Assembly: GCA_051418015.1 (NCBI GenBank)
Contig: JBPRGF010000014.1
Coordinates: 58,101 to 122,100 of the forward strand
Source: Candidatus Nitrospinota bacterium M3_3B_026
GTDB lineage: Bacteria; Nitrospinota_A; UBA7883; JBPRGF01
Reading direction: 5' to 3'
Length of the DNA: 64,000 nucleotides
Below are positions 28,194-37,301 of the stretch, piece after piece. Made by a program: the position numbers and the translations under genes. Numbering within the stretch: position 1 is the stretch's first letter; every line of letters starts with the position of its first letter. The notes under the pieces were generated by a model that saw only the letters and a list, made by a program, of their open reading frames with translations, had not been told where the DNA came from and did no database searches.

Positions 28194-28780
28194 TAGGGCT
28201 CACCGGCGGATACGCGACGGGCAAAAGCTCCGTCTGCTCCATGCTCGTCAAGATGGGCGCGGAGCTGATCGACTGCGACCTGCTCGCCCGCGAGGTGGTG
28301 GCGCCGGGGACGGATGGCCTGAAAAAAGTGGCCGAACGGTTCGGCGAGGACGTCATGAACCCCGACGGGACGCTGAACCGCCGCGAGCTGGCCGACATCA
28401 TCTTCACCGACGCGGAAAGCCGCCGCGGCCTGGAGGCGATACTTCACCCTCTCATAAGAGAGCTGGTCTTCAAAAGGGCGAAAGAGCGGCTCTCCCGCGA
28501 CCCCGGCGCCGTCGTGGTGGTGGAGGCGGCGTTGTTGTTTGAGTCCGGCCTGTACGAGAAGATGGACAAGAACATCGTCGTCACCTGCCGCGAAGACCAG
28601 CAGATCGAACGGGGAATGGCCCGCGACGGCCTGCCGAAGGCGGAGGTGATAAAAAGAATGAACGCGCAGTGGCCCCTCTCCAGGAAAGCGGAGCTTGCCG
28701 ACTTCGTGATAGACAACTCCGGCGCCGTCGAAAAGACCAAAGAGCGCGTCCGCGAAATATGGGCCGGGATCGCGAAATAG
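28184..28780 (+). CDS. coaE: Dephospho-CoA kinase
   Basis: P-loop 'IGLTGGYATGKSSV', 'IDCDLLAREVVAPG'. Overlaps the maf 3' end by 10 nt. Confidence 0.9.
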   Translation: MPLIGLTGGYATGKSSVCSMLVKMGAELIDCDLLAREVVAPGTDGLKKVAERFGEDVMNPDGTLNRRELADIIFTDAESRRGLEAILHPLIRELVFKRAKERLSRDPGAVVVVEAALLFESGLYEKMDKNIVVTCREDQQIERGMARDGLPKAEVIKRMNAQWPLSRKAELADFVIDNSGAVEKTKERVREIWAGIAK

Positions 28781-28985
28781 CGTAGCGTCTTTTCCACATT
28801 CGTCATATAATCCGTGGAATGATGTCCACGTATTTCTCGTATGGCGGCCGCCGGGCGCTCATGGCCATGGCCGTTTACCCAGTCTATTCACGAGCTTGCC
28901 CTCCCGCCGCGGCGGCGGGCACGGGTTTTGTTTATAAAAGCATGTCAGCGATAGTTTTTCACCACCTGATGAGAGGGTCCGGCTG

Positions 28986-30269
28986 ATGAGAGAGGATCTT
29001 TCGAAGCTCACCAAGGCGCAGCTTCTGGAGCTTGCCGCCAGGAGGAAGGTAAAGGCGGTCTCCTCGATGAAAAAGGACGAGATCGTCAAAGCCATCGAGA
29101 AGGCGAAAGCCGCCGCTAAAAAGAAGGCGAAGACGGCCGCGGCGAAGAAAAAAGCGGCGGCGGGCAAACCGAAGGCGGCCCCGGAAAAAAAGAGCGCCGC
29201 CGGGAAAGCCGCCCGTCCCGCGGCGAAAAAGAAGGCGAGAGCGGCCGCGAGGCCCGCCGCGAGGGCGAAAACGGCCAGGCCCGCAAAACCCGCGCGGGAG
29301 AAGGCGCCGGAGACCGCTCCCTCTCCCGCGGCTGAGCCGAAGAGGAACAACTGGGACATCAACCTGGAGGGCAAGAAGTTTTTCGTCGCCGAGGAGGTGG
29401 AGGATTTCCCGCCGCCGGAGCCGGACGAGGCGCCGGAAAGCTACGCCGACAACAGGATCGTCGCCCTCGCCCGCGACCCGCGCCATCTTTACGTCTACTG
29501 GGAGACCAACCCCGGCCTTGCCGAAAAGGCCCGCCAGACCCTCGGCGGCAAGGGCTGGGACAAGCTGCGATGGACGTTGCGCGTTCACGACGTCACCGGC
29601 GCGGAGCTTGAGAATGCCTCGCGTGTCTTCGACGTCCCCGTCGAGCAGGGCGCCGGCAGCGCTTATGTCGATGTCGGCCGTCCTGACAGCGAGTATGTTG
29701 TCTCCGTGGGCCTGATGGACGACGAGGGCGGGTTCGAGGCGGTGGCCGTCTCCGGCAGGGCCATGACGCCCCGCGAGGCCGTCTCCTCCGAGACGGACGC
29801 GGAGTGGATGGTCCCGGCGGAGACGTTCGAGAAGCTTTACGGCATATCCGGCGGCGGAGTCCCTGGGGAGAGCTCTCTTGGCCTTGGCGGCTCGGAGCTT
29901 GGGATAGGCGCGTCGGAGCTTGGCGTTCCCATAGAGGAAATATCGTCCGGCGCCGTGTCGAGCCTTGGGGCGTCCGAGGAGTTTTTGGCGAAGGCCGCCC
30001 GCGAGCGGGGCTTTTTCTTCTGGCTGAACTGCGAGCTGGTCGTTTACGGCGGGACCATGCCGGACGCCACGGTCACCCTGAAGGGGGAGAGAATAAAACT
30101 CCGGCCGGACGGCACTTTTTCGGTCCGCTTCTCCCTGCCGGACGGCGCCCTCGACATCCCCGTGACGGCCGAGTCCGCCGATGGCGCCGACAGGAAGGAG
30201 ATATCCCCCACGGTGACCAGGGCCACGAAGGTGAGCGAGGCGCGCGGCGAGAGGGAAAAGGCGAGATAA
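28986..30269 (+). CDS. Rho_N-like / Lys-Ala-rich / DUF4912 protein (GH57-associated)
   Basis: N-terminal 'LSKLTKAQLLELAARRKVKAVSSMKKDEIVKAIE' (Rho N-terminal-like fold), K/A-rich basic spacer, and DUF4912-like core 'IVALARDPRHLYVYWE'. Immediately upstream of the GH57 gene, a recurrent pairing. Confidence 0.7.
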   Translation: MREDLSKLTKAQLLELAARRKVKAVSSMKKDEIVKAIEKAKAAAKKKAKTAAAKKKAAAGKPKAAPEKKSAAGKAARPAAKKKARAAARPAARAKTARPAKPAREKAPETAPSPAAEPKRNNWDINLEGKKFFVAEEVEDFPPPEPDEAPESYADNRIVALARDPRHLYVYWETNPGLAEKARQTLGGKGWDKLRWTLRVHDVTGAELENASRVFDVPVEQGAGSAYVDVGRPDSEYVVSVGLMDDEGGFEAVAVSGRAMTPREAVSSETDAEWMVPAETFEKLYGISGGGVPGESSLGLGGSELGIGASELGVPIEEISSGAVSSLGASEEFLAKAARERGFFFWLNCELVVYGGTMPDATVTLKGERIKLRPDGTFSVRFSLPDGALDIPVTAESADGADRKEISPTVTRATKVSEARGEREKAR

Positions 30270-30303
30270 GGGGCCGGGCGGCGGCTTCGAAGCGGCGAGA
30301 CCG

Positions 30304-31905
30304 ATGGACACGGGATACCTGGCGCTGGTCCTTCACGCGCATCTGCCCTACGTGCGCCACCCGGAGCACGAGGAGTTTCTGGAGGAGGACTGGCTTTACG
30401 AGGCCGTGACGGAAACCTACCTGCCACTGCTGACGGTTTTCGAGGGGCTTTTGAAGGACGGGATCGATTTCAAGGTCACGGTCTCGCTCTCCCCCACTCT
30501 GATCGCCATGCTTTCCGACCCTCTTCTCCGGGGCAGGCTCTCAAGAAGGCTTGAAAAGCTCATCGAGCTAAGCGCGGCGGAGATCCACAGGACGGCCGCC
30601 ACGCCCTCCGTCAACGCCCTCGCCAGGATGTACAACTGGCGTTTCACCCGCGCCCTTGAGCTTTACGAGAACACCTACCGGCGCGACCTCGTCTCCGCCT
30701 TCGCGAGGCTGGCCGACGAGGGCGCGGTGGAGATAATCACCTCCACCGCCACGCACGGGTATCTGCCCTTGCTGGCGGTGAACGAGGCGGCGGTCCGCGC
30801 CCAGGTCCGCGTCGCCTGCGACTTCTACCGGAGGACCTTCGGCAGGCCGCCGCGGGGGATGTGGCTGCCGGAGATGGGCTACTGCCCGGGAGTCGAGAAG
30901 ATCTTAAGGGACGAGGGGATACTCTACTTTTTCACCGACGCCCACGGCGTGCTCCATTCAAGGCCGCGCCCGCGCTACGGCGTCTTCGCCCCCATATACA
31001 CGGACGAGGGGGTGGCCGTCTTCGGGCGGGACATGGAGTCCGGCAGACAGGTCTGGAGCGCGAAGGTGGGGTATCCCGGCGACCCCTGCTACCGCGACTT
31101 TTACCGCGACATCGGCTTCGACCTGGAGTTCGACTACATAAAGCCCTACATCCAGCCCAACGGCCACAGGAAGATGACGGGGATAAAATACTACCGCATA
31201 ACCAGCGGCGCCGCCGACAAGGAGGTCTACGACCACGCCGAGGCCCTCCGCAAAGCCTCCGAGCACGCCGCCGATTTCCTGGAGCGCAGGGTCGAGCAGG
31301 CGCGAAAGCTCAAAGGGCTGATGGACAGGCCCCCGGTCATCGTTTCCCCCTACGACGCGGAGCTTTTCGGCCACTGGTGGAACGAGGGGCCGGAGTTTTT
31401 GAACTTTCTGTTCAGGAAGCTTCATCACGACGGCCGCGGGCTGAGGGCCGTCACGCCATACGAATACCTGAAAATCCATCCCGTCAACCAGAAGGCCGAG
31501 CCCGCCGCCTCGTCCTGGGGATACAAGGGCCACTCCGAGGTGTGGCTCGACGAGAGCAACGACTGGATATACCGCCACCTGCACAAGGCCGCGGACCGCA
31601 TGACCGAACTGGCCTCTTCGCGCCGGGAGGCAGACGGCGTGACGCGGCGCGCGCTCAACCAGGCCGCCCGCGAGCTTCTGCTGGCGCAAAGCAGCGACTG
31701 GGCTTTCATAATGAAGACGGGGACGATGGCCCCCTACGCCGAGAAGAGGACGAAGGAGGGCATCGCGCGGTTCACCCGCCTGTACGGGCAGATAATGAAC
31801 GGGGAGATAGACGAGGGGTTCCTGGAATACCTCGAGGGAGTGGACAACATCTTTTCAGACATAGACTACAGTGTCTACGCCGACAACGCTTCCGGCTCCC
31901 GCTAG
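30304..31905 (+). CDS. GH57-family 1,4-alpha-glucan branching enzyme
   Basis: 'YLALVLHAHLPYVRHPE', 'ITSTATHGYLPLL', 'MWLPEMGY', 'SPYDAELFGHWWNEGPEFL' match the GH57 branching-enzyme catalytic Glu/Asp region. 533 aa. Confidence 0.85.
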   Translation: MDTGYLALVLHAHLPYVRHPEHEEFLEEDWLYEAVTETYLPLLTVFEGLLKDGIDFKVTVSLSPTLIAMLSDPLLRGRLSRRLEKLIELSAAEIHRTAATPSVNALARMYNWRFTRALELYENTYRRDLVSAFARLADEGAVEIITSTATHGYLPLLAVNEAAVRAQVRVACDFYRRTFGRPPRGMWLPEMGYCPGVEKILRDEGILYFFTDAHGVLHSRPRPRYGVFAPIYTDEGVAVFGRDMESGRQVWSAKVGYPGDPCYRDFYRDIGFDLEFDYIKPYIQPNGHRKMTGIKYYRITSGAADKEVYDHAEALRKASEHAADFLERRVEQARKLKGLMDRPPVIVSPYDAELFGHWWNEGPEFLNFLFRKLHHDGRGLRAVTPYEYLKIHPVNQKAEPAASSWGYKGHSEVWLDESNDWIYRHLHKAADRMTELASSRREADGVTRRALNQAARELLLAQSSDWAFIMKTGTMAPYAEKRTKEGIARFTRLYGQIMNGEIDEGFLEYLEGVDNIFSDIDYSVYADNASGSR

Positions 31906-31999
31906 ATTCGGACATTTGTCCGCGGCGTGTTATAATTCAACTTGGTAGAAATTCAGCGGACAGTCATTCGGAATCACGGCGCGATATAGAGGAGCGTTT

Positions 32000-32386
32000 A
32001 TGTCCGACTTCAACACCCTGCTCGCCGCCAGGGACCTGATGACCAGCGATATCGTCACATCGTCAAGAACCATCACGGTCAAGGAGGCCGCCGGGATAAT
32101 GGCGGACCGGGAAGTCTCCAGCATCGTCCTGACGGAGGAGAACGGCGCCATCGCCGGCATCGTCACCGAGACGGACATAGTGAGAAAAGCAGTGGCCGAG
32201 GGGGCCGACGCGGCCCGCGCAGGGGCCGCCTCCATCATGAGCGAAAACGTCCACAGCATCCCTGGCGACGCCTCCATATTCGACGCCAGGGCGAAGATGT
32301 CCGATCTCGGAGTCAAACACATGATAGTGGAGGACGGCGGAAAGCCTATCGGGATAATCTCCTCCACGGCCCTTCTCGGTTCTTAG
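32000..32386 (+). CDS. CBS-pair domain protein
   Basis: Two CBS motifs ('LMTSDIVTSSRTITVKEAAGIM', 'IMSENVHSIPGDASIFDARAKM..VKHMIVED'). 128 aa. Confidence 0.8.
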   Translation: MSDFNTLLAARDLMTSDIVTSSRTITVKEAAGIMADREVSSIVLTEENGAIAGIVTETDIVRKAVAEGADAARAGAASIMSENVHSIPGDASIFDARAKMSDLGVKHMIVEDGGKPIGIISSTALLGS

Positions 32387-32387
32387 G

Positions 32388-33188
32388 TCACACTTCCGAC
32401 AGAAGGCGCGTGAGCGCCGCGCCGGGGTCCTCCTCCCTCATGAGGGCCGAGCCGACCAGGAAACCTCCGACGCCCGCCCGGGCGAGACGCCTTATGTCCC
32501 CGGCGGACTCAATCCCGCTTTCGCTCACCACGATGACATCTTCCGGCAGGGCCGGGGTGAGCCTGGATGTCGTCTCGAGGTCCACCTTCAAGTCATCGGA
32601 GAGAAAATCCCGATTGTTTATCCCGACGATCCCTGGCTTTAGGGGCGCGGCCTTTTCCCAGTCCTCCTCCGAGTGTATCTCCACCAGCGCCTCCAGCCCG
32701 AGCCGGGCGGCGTAATCGTGGAAGGCGGCCAGCGTCTGGCCGTCCAGGACGACCGCCATCAGCAGCACAGCGTCTGCGCCGAGGGCGGCGCTCTCGGCGA
32801 TCTGCCATTCGTCGATTATAAAATCCTTGCGCAATACCGGGATGGAGGCCGCCTCCCGGACCATCGGGACATAAAGGGGCGAGCCGAGGAAGAACCTCGC
32901 GTCGGTGAGAACGGAGACCGCCACGGCGCCCGCCTTCTCGTAGGACCTTGCGATGGCGGCGGGGTCGAACTCCGACGGCTTGAGCATGACCGAAGGCGTG
33001 GCGCGCTTGACTTCCGCGATGATCCTCGCCGGCGCGTTCCCAGAGCTTAAAGCGGCCTTCAGCGATCTTTTTCGCCCCGCGGCCCCTGCGGCGTCGGTGA
33101 GGGCGTCTTTCGGCGCCATGCGTTTGGCGAGCCGTACCTCCTCGCGCTTGTGCTCCAGGATTTTCCGCAGAACCGGGCTGAGCCTCAC
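32388..33188 (-). CDS. trpC: Indole-3-glycerol-phosphate synthase
   Basis: 'ILEHKREEV', 'IIAEVKRATPS', 'AVSVLTD..FF.GS', 'IPVLRKDFII', 'EIHSEED', 'IVGINNRD'. GTG start at 33188 forms a GTGA overlap with the malic-enzyme stop. The 5' part of ORF 32388..33818 is discarded. Confidence 0.85.
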   Translation of the reverse strand: MRLSPVLRKILEHKREEVRLAKRMAPKDALTDAAGAAGRKRSLKAALSSGNAPARIIAEVKRATPSVMLKPSEFDPAAIARSYEKAGAVAVSVLTDARFFLGSPLYVPMVREAASIPVLRKDFIIDEWQIAESAALGADAVLLMAVVLDGQTLAAFHDYAARLGLEALVEIHSEEDWEKAAPLKPGIVGINNRDFLSDDLKVDLETTSRLTPALPEDVIVVSESGIESAGDIRRLARAGVGGFLVGSALMREEDPGAALTRLLSEV

Positions 33189-34924
33189 GCCGTCTCCACC
33201 TTCGGGACGGCGGCGTCTTTTTTCCTGTAGGGCAGGTACTCCGGGCGCCATATCCTCTCTCTTATCGCCTCCAGCGGCTCCACGCCCTCCGGCGGGTCCG
33301 CCACGCCCTGCCTTGCCGCTGTATTGAAGACAGCCAGGGCCACCTGCTCCGTCACCTTCGAAAGCCGCGTGACAGGAGGATAGACACACCGCGTCAGGGC
33401 CGCGTCGGCGGGGATCATCCCGGCCAGGCGCCTCGCGGCGGCGTTGAACATCTCGTCGGTTATCATCCTGGCGCGGGCGGCCAGCGTGCCAAGCCCCACG
33501 CCGGGGAATATGAAGACGTTGTTGCCCTGTCCCACCCTGTACCTCCCACCCTGCAGTTCGACGTCGGAGAAGGGGCTGCCGGTGGCCACTATGGCCCTGC
33601 CGTTCGTCCAGCTGTAAATATCGGCCGGCGCGGCCTCCGCACGGGATGTGGGGTTGCTCAGGGGGAAGATCACCGGCATGTGGGTGTTCGCCGCCATGGC
33701 CTCCACGACGGGCCTCGTGAACGCCCCTCCCTGGCCGGAAAGGCCGAGCAGGACGGTGACCCCGGCGTTCCTTATAACCTCCTCCAGAATGATCCTCTCG
33801 CGGTTCCGCGCGCTCCATCCCCCAACCCTTGACACGGGCTGCGCGAAGCCTTTCTTATAATACTCGACGTCTTTCCTGTCCGACGTCAACAGCCCATGGC
33901 TGTCCACCACGAATATCCTCTCCAGCGCCTCCCTTTCCGGCAGGCCGTCGTCCGCCAGGGCGCTTTTTATCCTTCGCGCAACGCCTATGCCGCCCGCCCC
34001 GGCGCCGTAAATGAGGAAACGCTGATCGGTGAGCCTCTCCTCCTTTATCCTCATGGCCCCCAGTATCCCCGCCAGCGCCACGGCGCCCGTCCCCTGGATG
34101 TCGTCGTTGAAGGAGAGTATCTTGCCGCGGTAGTTGTCCAGGTTCGAGAAAGCGTTCTGCTTCGAAAAGTCCTCCCACTGCAAGAGCGCCCCCGGGCAAT
34201 GCCTCTTTACCGCATCGACGAAGGCTTCTATGAGAGAGTCGTATTTTTCTCCGGTCAGGCGGTGATGCTTCTGCCCGAGGTAGAGCGGGTCGTCAAGGAG
34301 CGCCTCGTTGTCCGTCCCCACGTCCAGGCATATCGGCAGACAGGCGGCGGGGGGGACGCCCGCGGCGAGAGTGTAAAGCGACAGTTTCCCTATGGGGATG
34401 CCCATGCCGCCTATCCCCTGGTCGCCTATCCCCAGGATACCCTGGTTGTCCGTGACGACGATGACCTCTATGTCCTGCGACGGGAGGTTTTTTATCATCT
34501 GTCCCATCATGGCGACGTTGGCGGGGGATATGTAAAGACCGCGGGAGTATCTGTATATGTGGCTTCCCTTCCTCACCGCCTCGCCGACGGTCGGGGTGTA
34601 GATTATGGGGATCATCTCCGCGGCGTGCTCTCTGAGCAGGGCGTAGAAGAGCGTCTCGTTCCTGTCCTGCAGGGCGCGCAGGTAGACGTAGCGCTCCAGG
34701 TCGTTGGGCTTGGCCTGGTAGTTCTCGTACACCCGCCCCAGCTGCTCCGTCATGGTGGAGACGTGCGGGGGGAGAAGGCCGGCGAGACTCAGCTCGCGGC
34801 GCTCGCTCTCGGTGAAGGCGGTCCCCTTGTTCAAAAGCGGATTGTGCAGAAGGTCGGAGCCGGACTGGTCCACCTCGATGAAACGGCTTCCCGTCTCGTC
34901 CCGCCTTACAAGGTAATGAGACAT
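33185..34924 (-). CDS. maeA: NAD(P)-dependent malic enzyme (large, SfcA/MaeA type)
   Basis: 'LLNKGTAFT..ERRELSL', 'YTPTVGEAV', 'IVVTDNQGILGIGDQG..GMGIPIGKL', 'FLIYGAGAGGIGVA', 'VIFPLSNPTS'. Start at MSHYLV. Confidence 0.9.
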   Translation of the reverse strand: MSHYLVRRDETGSRFIEVDQSGSDLLHNPLLNKGTAFTESERRELSLAGLLPPHVSTMTEQLGRVYENYQAKPNDLERYVYLRALQDRNETLFYALLREHAAEMIPIIYTPTVGEAVRKGSHIYRYSRGLYISPANVAMMGQMIKNLPSQDIEVIVVTDNQGILGIGDQGIGGMGIPIGKLSLYTLAAGVPPAACLPICLDVGTDNEALLDDPLYLGQKHHRLTGEKYDSLIEAFVDAVKRHCPGALLQWEDFSKQNAFSNLDNYRGKILSFNDDIQGTGAVALAGILGAMRIKEERLTDQRFLIYGAGAGGIGVARRIKSALADDGLPEREALERIFVVDSHGLLTSDRKDVEYYKKGFAQPVSRVGGWSARNRERIILEEVIRNAGVTVLLGLSGQGGAFTRPVVEAMAANTHMPVIFPLSNPTSRAEAAPADIYSWTNGRAIVATGSPFSDVELQGGRYRVGQGNNVFIFPGVGLGTLAARARMITDEMFNAAARRLAGMIPADAALTRCVYPPVTRLSKVTEQVALAVFNTAARQGVADPPEGVEPLEAIRERIWRPEYLPYRKKDAAVPKVETA

Positions 34925-35475
34925 CAAAAATCCTTCCAAGAGTCATGAGCTCCACGCGGCGCCGAGAGAACAGTATAGCAAAGCCGGTCCGCCAGGCTCT
35001 CCCACCGCCGGGCAAAAACGGGCTAAAGCCAGCGCCGCTGCCCGCCGATAAAAATACCAGAACACGAGCTGGGTAAACACCCGCGATGGATTGCGGGCTT
35101 ATGCTCAACCATGGAGGGTTTTTGTCATGTCTTCAGTGTCAGGTGGTTCCTTTTCGCAGGGAGAGGTTAAGCTTCTCCGGGCGACTCTTGCCCCCAGGTC
35201 ACTCCCCAAGCTGGGAGAGGGGCTGAATCTTTTCAACGCTCCGCCCCAGGCCGCTGGGAACTCGCGGCTGATGCTCGAGACCCAGGGTGCCAATATCTCC
35301 GTGCGCGCTTGAACCCGCGGCGCCCGCCCCGGCGCCGTGGCCACGCGCCAATGATACCCGTCCTCTTTTCGCCCGCCCCGATCCGCGGCCGCCGGATGGC
35401 CGGATGTCCCTCGAAAATATTTCGAACAATATTTTACGAAATTAGTTGTAATTAGCTATAAATGTGATTATAATG

Positions 35476-35503
35476 TTGACAATTTATATGGCATAAATAT
35501 AAA
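35476..35503 (+). promoter_or_regulatory. Strong sigma-70-like promoter (TTGACA-N16-TATAAA) inside a 230-bp AT-rich island
   Basis: TTGACA at 35476-35481 and TATAAA at 35498-35503. The 35345-35575 region is about 25-30% GC against a background of about 65%. Confidence 0.45.
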
Positions 35504-35576
35504 ATCTGACTATTAGTTAGTTAATTTAGAGATAAGTAGTATGTAATAAATGTAAAAGATCTGAGGAAAACAGCGT

Positions 35577-36179
35577 TTGAAAGGCTCCAATCGCGTCAGG
35601 ATCGAATGCAGAAATCCCAGGTACGCGGACAGAGAACTCAAAGAGCACCTGCTGGAGCTTGTCCATTATTCCAGGTACGCGGGCATAGAGCCAGCGGGGT
35701 TGCGGCAGGCCATATCCGGGGCGGATCTGGAGTTCGGGAGGCAGGGCCCGGATTTGCGGCATGGAGGCAAGCTGATACTGGAGGCCGACCAGAAGACGGC
35801 GAACCTCATCGGTCAACTGGTTCAGATGTATCCCGTGTTCACGATGTGGGATATCAAGGTTTTTAAAGAGAGGGTCAAACCAGCTAGGGGTAAAACCAAG
35901 GCAAAGAAGAAGGAGAAGAAGATGGCTGCGACCAAGAAATCCGCCGCTAAGAAGAAGACGGCCAAAAAGAAACCGGCCAAAAAGAAGGTAGCCAAGAAGA
36001 AACCGGCCGCCAAGAAAAAGACGGTCAAGAAGAAGGCCGCCAAGAAATCCGTCGCCAAGAAGAAGACGGCAAAGAAGGTGACCAAGAAGAAGGCCGCCAA
36101 GAAAAAGACGGCCAAGAAGAAGACCGCCAAAAAGAAAACGGCAAAGAAGAAGACCGCGAAGAGGAAAAAGTCCTCCTAG
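35577..36179 (+). CDS. Histone H1-like Lys/Ala-rich DNA-binding protein
   Basis: TTG start with GAGGA RBS. The C-terminal 85 aa is a pure (A/T/V)KKK(T/A)AKKK repeat tail. An internal ATG at 35922 (MAATKK) has a perfect AAGGAG RBS and could yield a short form. Followed by a strong terminator. Confidence 0.6.
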   Translation: MKGSNRVRIECRNPRYADRELKEHLLELVHYSRYAGIEPAGLRQAISGADLEFGRQGPDLRHGGKLILEADQKTANLIGQLVQMYPVFTMWDIKVFKERVKPARGKTKAKKKEKKMAATKKSAAKKKTAKKKPAKKKVAKKKPAAKKKTVKKKAAKKSVAKKKTAKKVTKKKAAKKKTAKKKTAKKKTAKKKTAKRKKSS

Positions 36180-36229
36180 CGGGGGTTTTTCCAGGGAACG
36201 GTTTTTTCTTTAGACTGTTTCGTTTTTAT

Positions 36230-36267
36230 CCGGCCGGAGCCGTGAAAAGCTCCGGCCGGTTTTTTTT
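36230..36267 (+). terminator. Rho-independent terminator shared by convergent genes
   Basis: CCGGCCGGAGC..GCTCCGGCCGG hairpin followed by TTTTTTTT. Confidence 0.78.
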
Positions 36268-36294
36268 GTCCCCGGCCTGCGGGGAAACGTTTCT

Positions 36295-37296
36295 TCAGGA
36301 CACGATGGCGCCGCCGCAGGTGAAACCCGCCCCGGCTGCGCACGCGTGGCAATGATCAGACGTGGCTATTGGCGAGCCGGGCTCCGGCGGGCCGGGCATC
36401 CTGCTTACATGGGTCTTTTCTCCACCGAGAGGGATGGAGGCGGCTATATGGAAGTCGCAGTCGTAAAGGAAGCCGTCCCACGCCACGGAGACCTGCGTCC
36501 TGCACATCAGACCCTCCACGGCCATGGGGTTGAAGCTGTCCGCCAGCTTGTTTTCGTACCGCTCCAGGTTGCCCGTGCTCTCAAGCCAGCTTCTGAACCT
36601 CCCCAGGGGAACGTTGGCGAAGCCGTACAGGTTGTTGAACGTCACTCCCCATTTTCCGGCCAACTCCGCCTTGAACCTTTTTTCCATCTCGCCCTGCGAG
36701 GACGCAGGCAGGAAGGCGCCGGACGGGTTTGACGCGAAATTGATCTCGAGGCCGGTACCCTCCTTTCCGTATCCAAGCGAGTTCAACGCGCGCAGCGTCC
36801 TGATGCTTTTGTCGAAGACTCCCGCGCCGCGTTGCGCCTCCACCTGCTGCCTGTTGAGCGAGGGGAGGGAGGCGAACAAAACCACCTTTTTTTCCCCGAG
36901 CAGCTCCATCAGCTCGTCCTTGCTCTCGCCGGATATGGCCGTGAGGTTCGAGCGTAGTATTATTCTCGGCGCGAACGCGGAAAGCTCCTCTATGAGCCTC
37001 GGCAGGCCTGGGTTCATCTCCGGCGCGCCGCCGGTTATGTCCACGACACCAAAACGCCCCCGCCTCGCGTAGTCTATAACCTCGGTTATCGTTTCGCCGT
37101 CCATGAGCTCCCCCCGCGCGGGTCCCGCCTCCAGGTGGCAGTGGCGGCACTCCTGGTTGCACAGCAGCCCCACGTTCACCTGCAGAGTCGTTGTCTTCGC
37201 CCGGCTGAGCCTTACGCCGTTGTCCGCGAGAGCCCGGGAAAACGAGTCCCCGCCCCCCTTCGTCCCGGCCGTCGTTCCGTCCATGCCCTCCTCCAT
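36295..37296 (-). CDS. arsS: Radical SAM/Cys-rich-domain protein (arsenosugar-biosynthesis ArsS-like)
   Basis: 'VGLLCNQECRHCH' (CxxxCxxC), and the C-terminal Cys-rich 'CHACAAGAGFTCGG' typical of the ArsS family (here Cys, not Sec). Start at MEEGMDG within the longer ORF. Confidence 0.65.
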   Translation of the reverse strand: MEEGMDGTTAGTKGGGDSFSRALADNGVRLSRAKTTTLQVNVGLLCNQECRHCHLEAGPARGELMDGETITEVIDYARRGRFGVVDITGGAPEMNPGLPRLIEELSAFAPRIILRSNLTAISGESKDELMELLGEKKVVLFASLPSLNRQQVEAQRGAGVFDKSIRTLRALNSLGYGKEGTGLEINFASNPSGAFLPASSQGEMEKRFKAELAGKWGVTFNNLYGFANVPLGRFRSWLESTGNLERYENKLADSFNPMAVEGLMCRTQVSVAWDGFLYDCDFHIAASIPLGGEKTHVSRMPGPPEPGSPIATSDHCHACAAGAGFTCGGAIVS

Positions 37297-37301
37297 GGAA
37301 T

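Noticed and set aside
28940-28995. Two CTGATGAG boxes resembling the hammerhead ribozyme core
   Set aside because: No stem II / GAAA / stem III arrangement can be drawn. The second box contains the ATG of the DUF4912 gene (ctgATGAGAGAGG = MRE), so it is coding.
35526-35816. 96-aa minus-strand ORF overlapping the histone-like gene's N-domain
   Set aside because: It would terminate inside the AT-rich promoter island with no RBS. The plus strand has the promoter, the RBS and the terminator.
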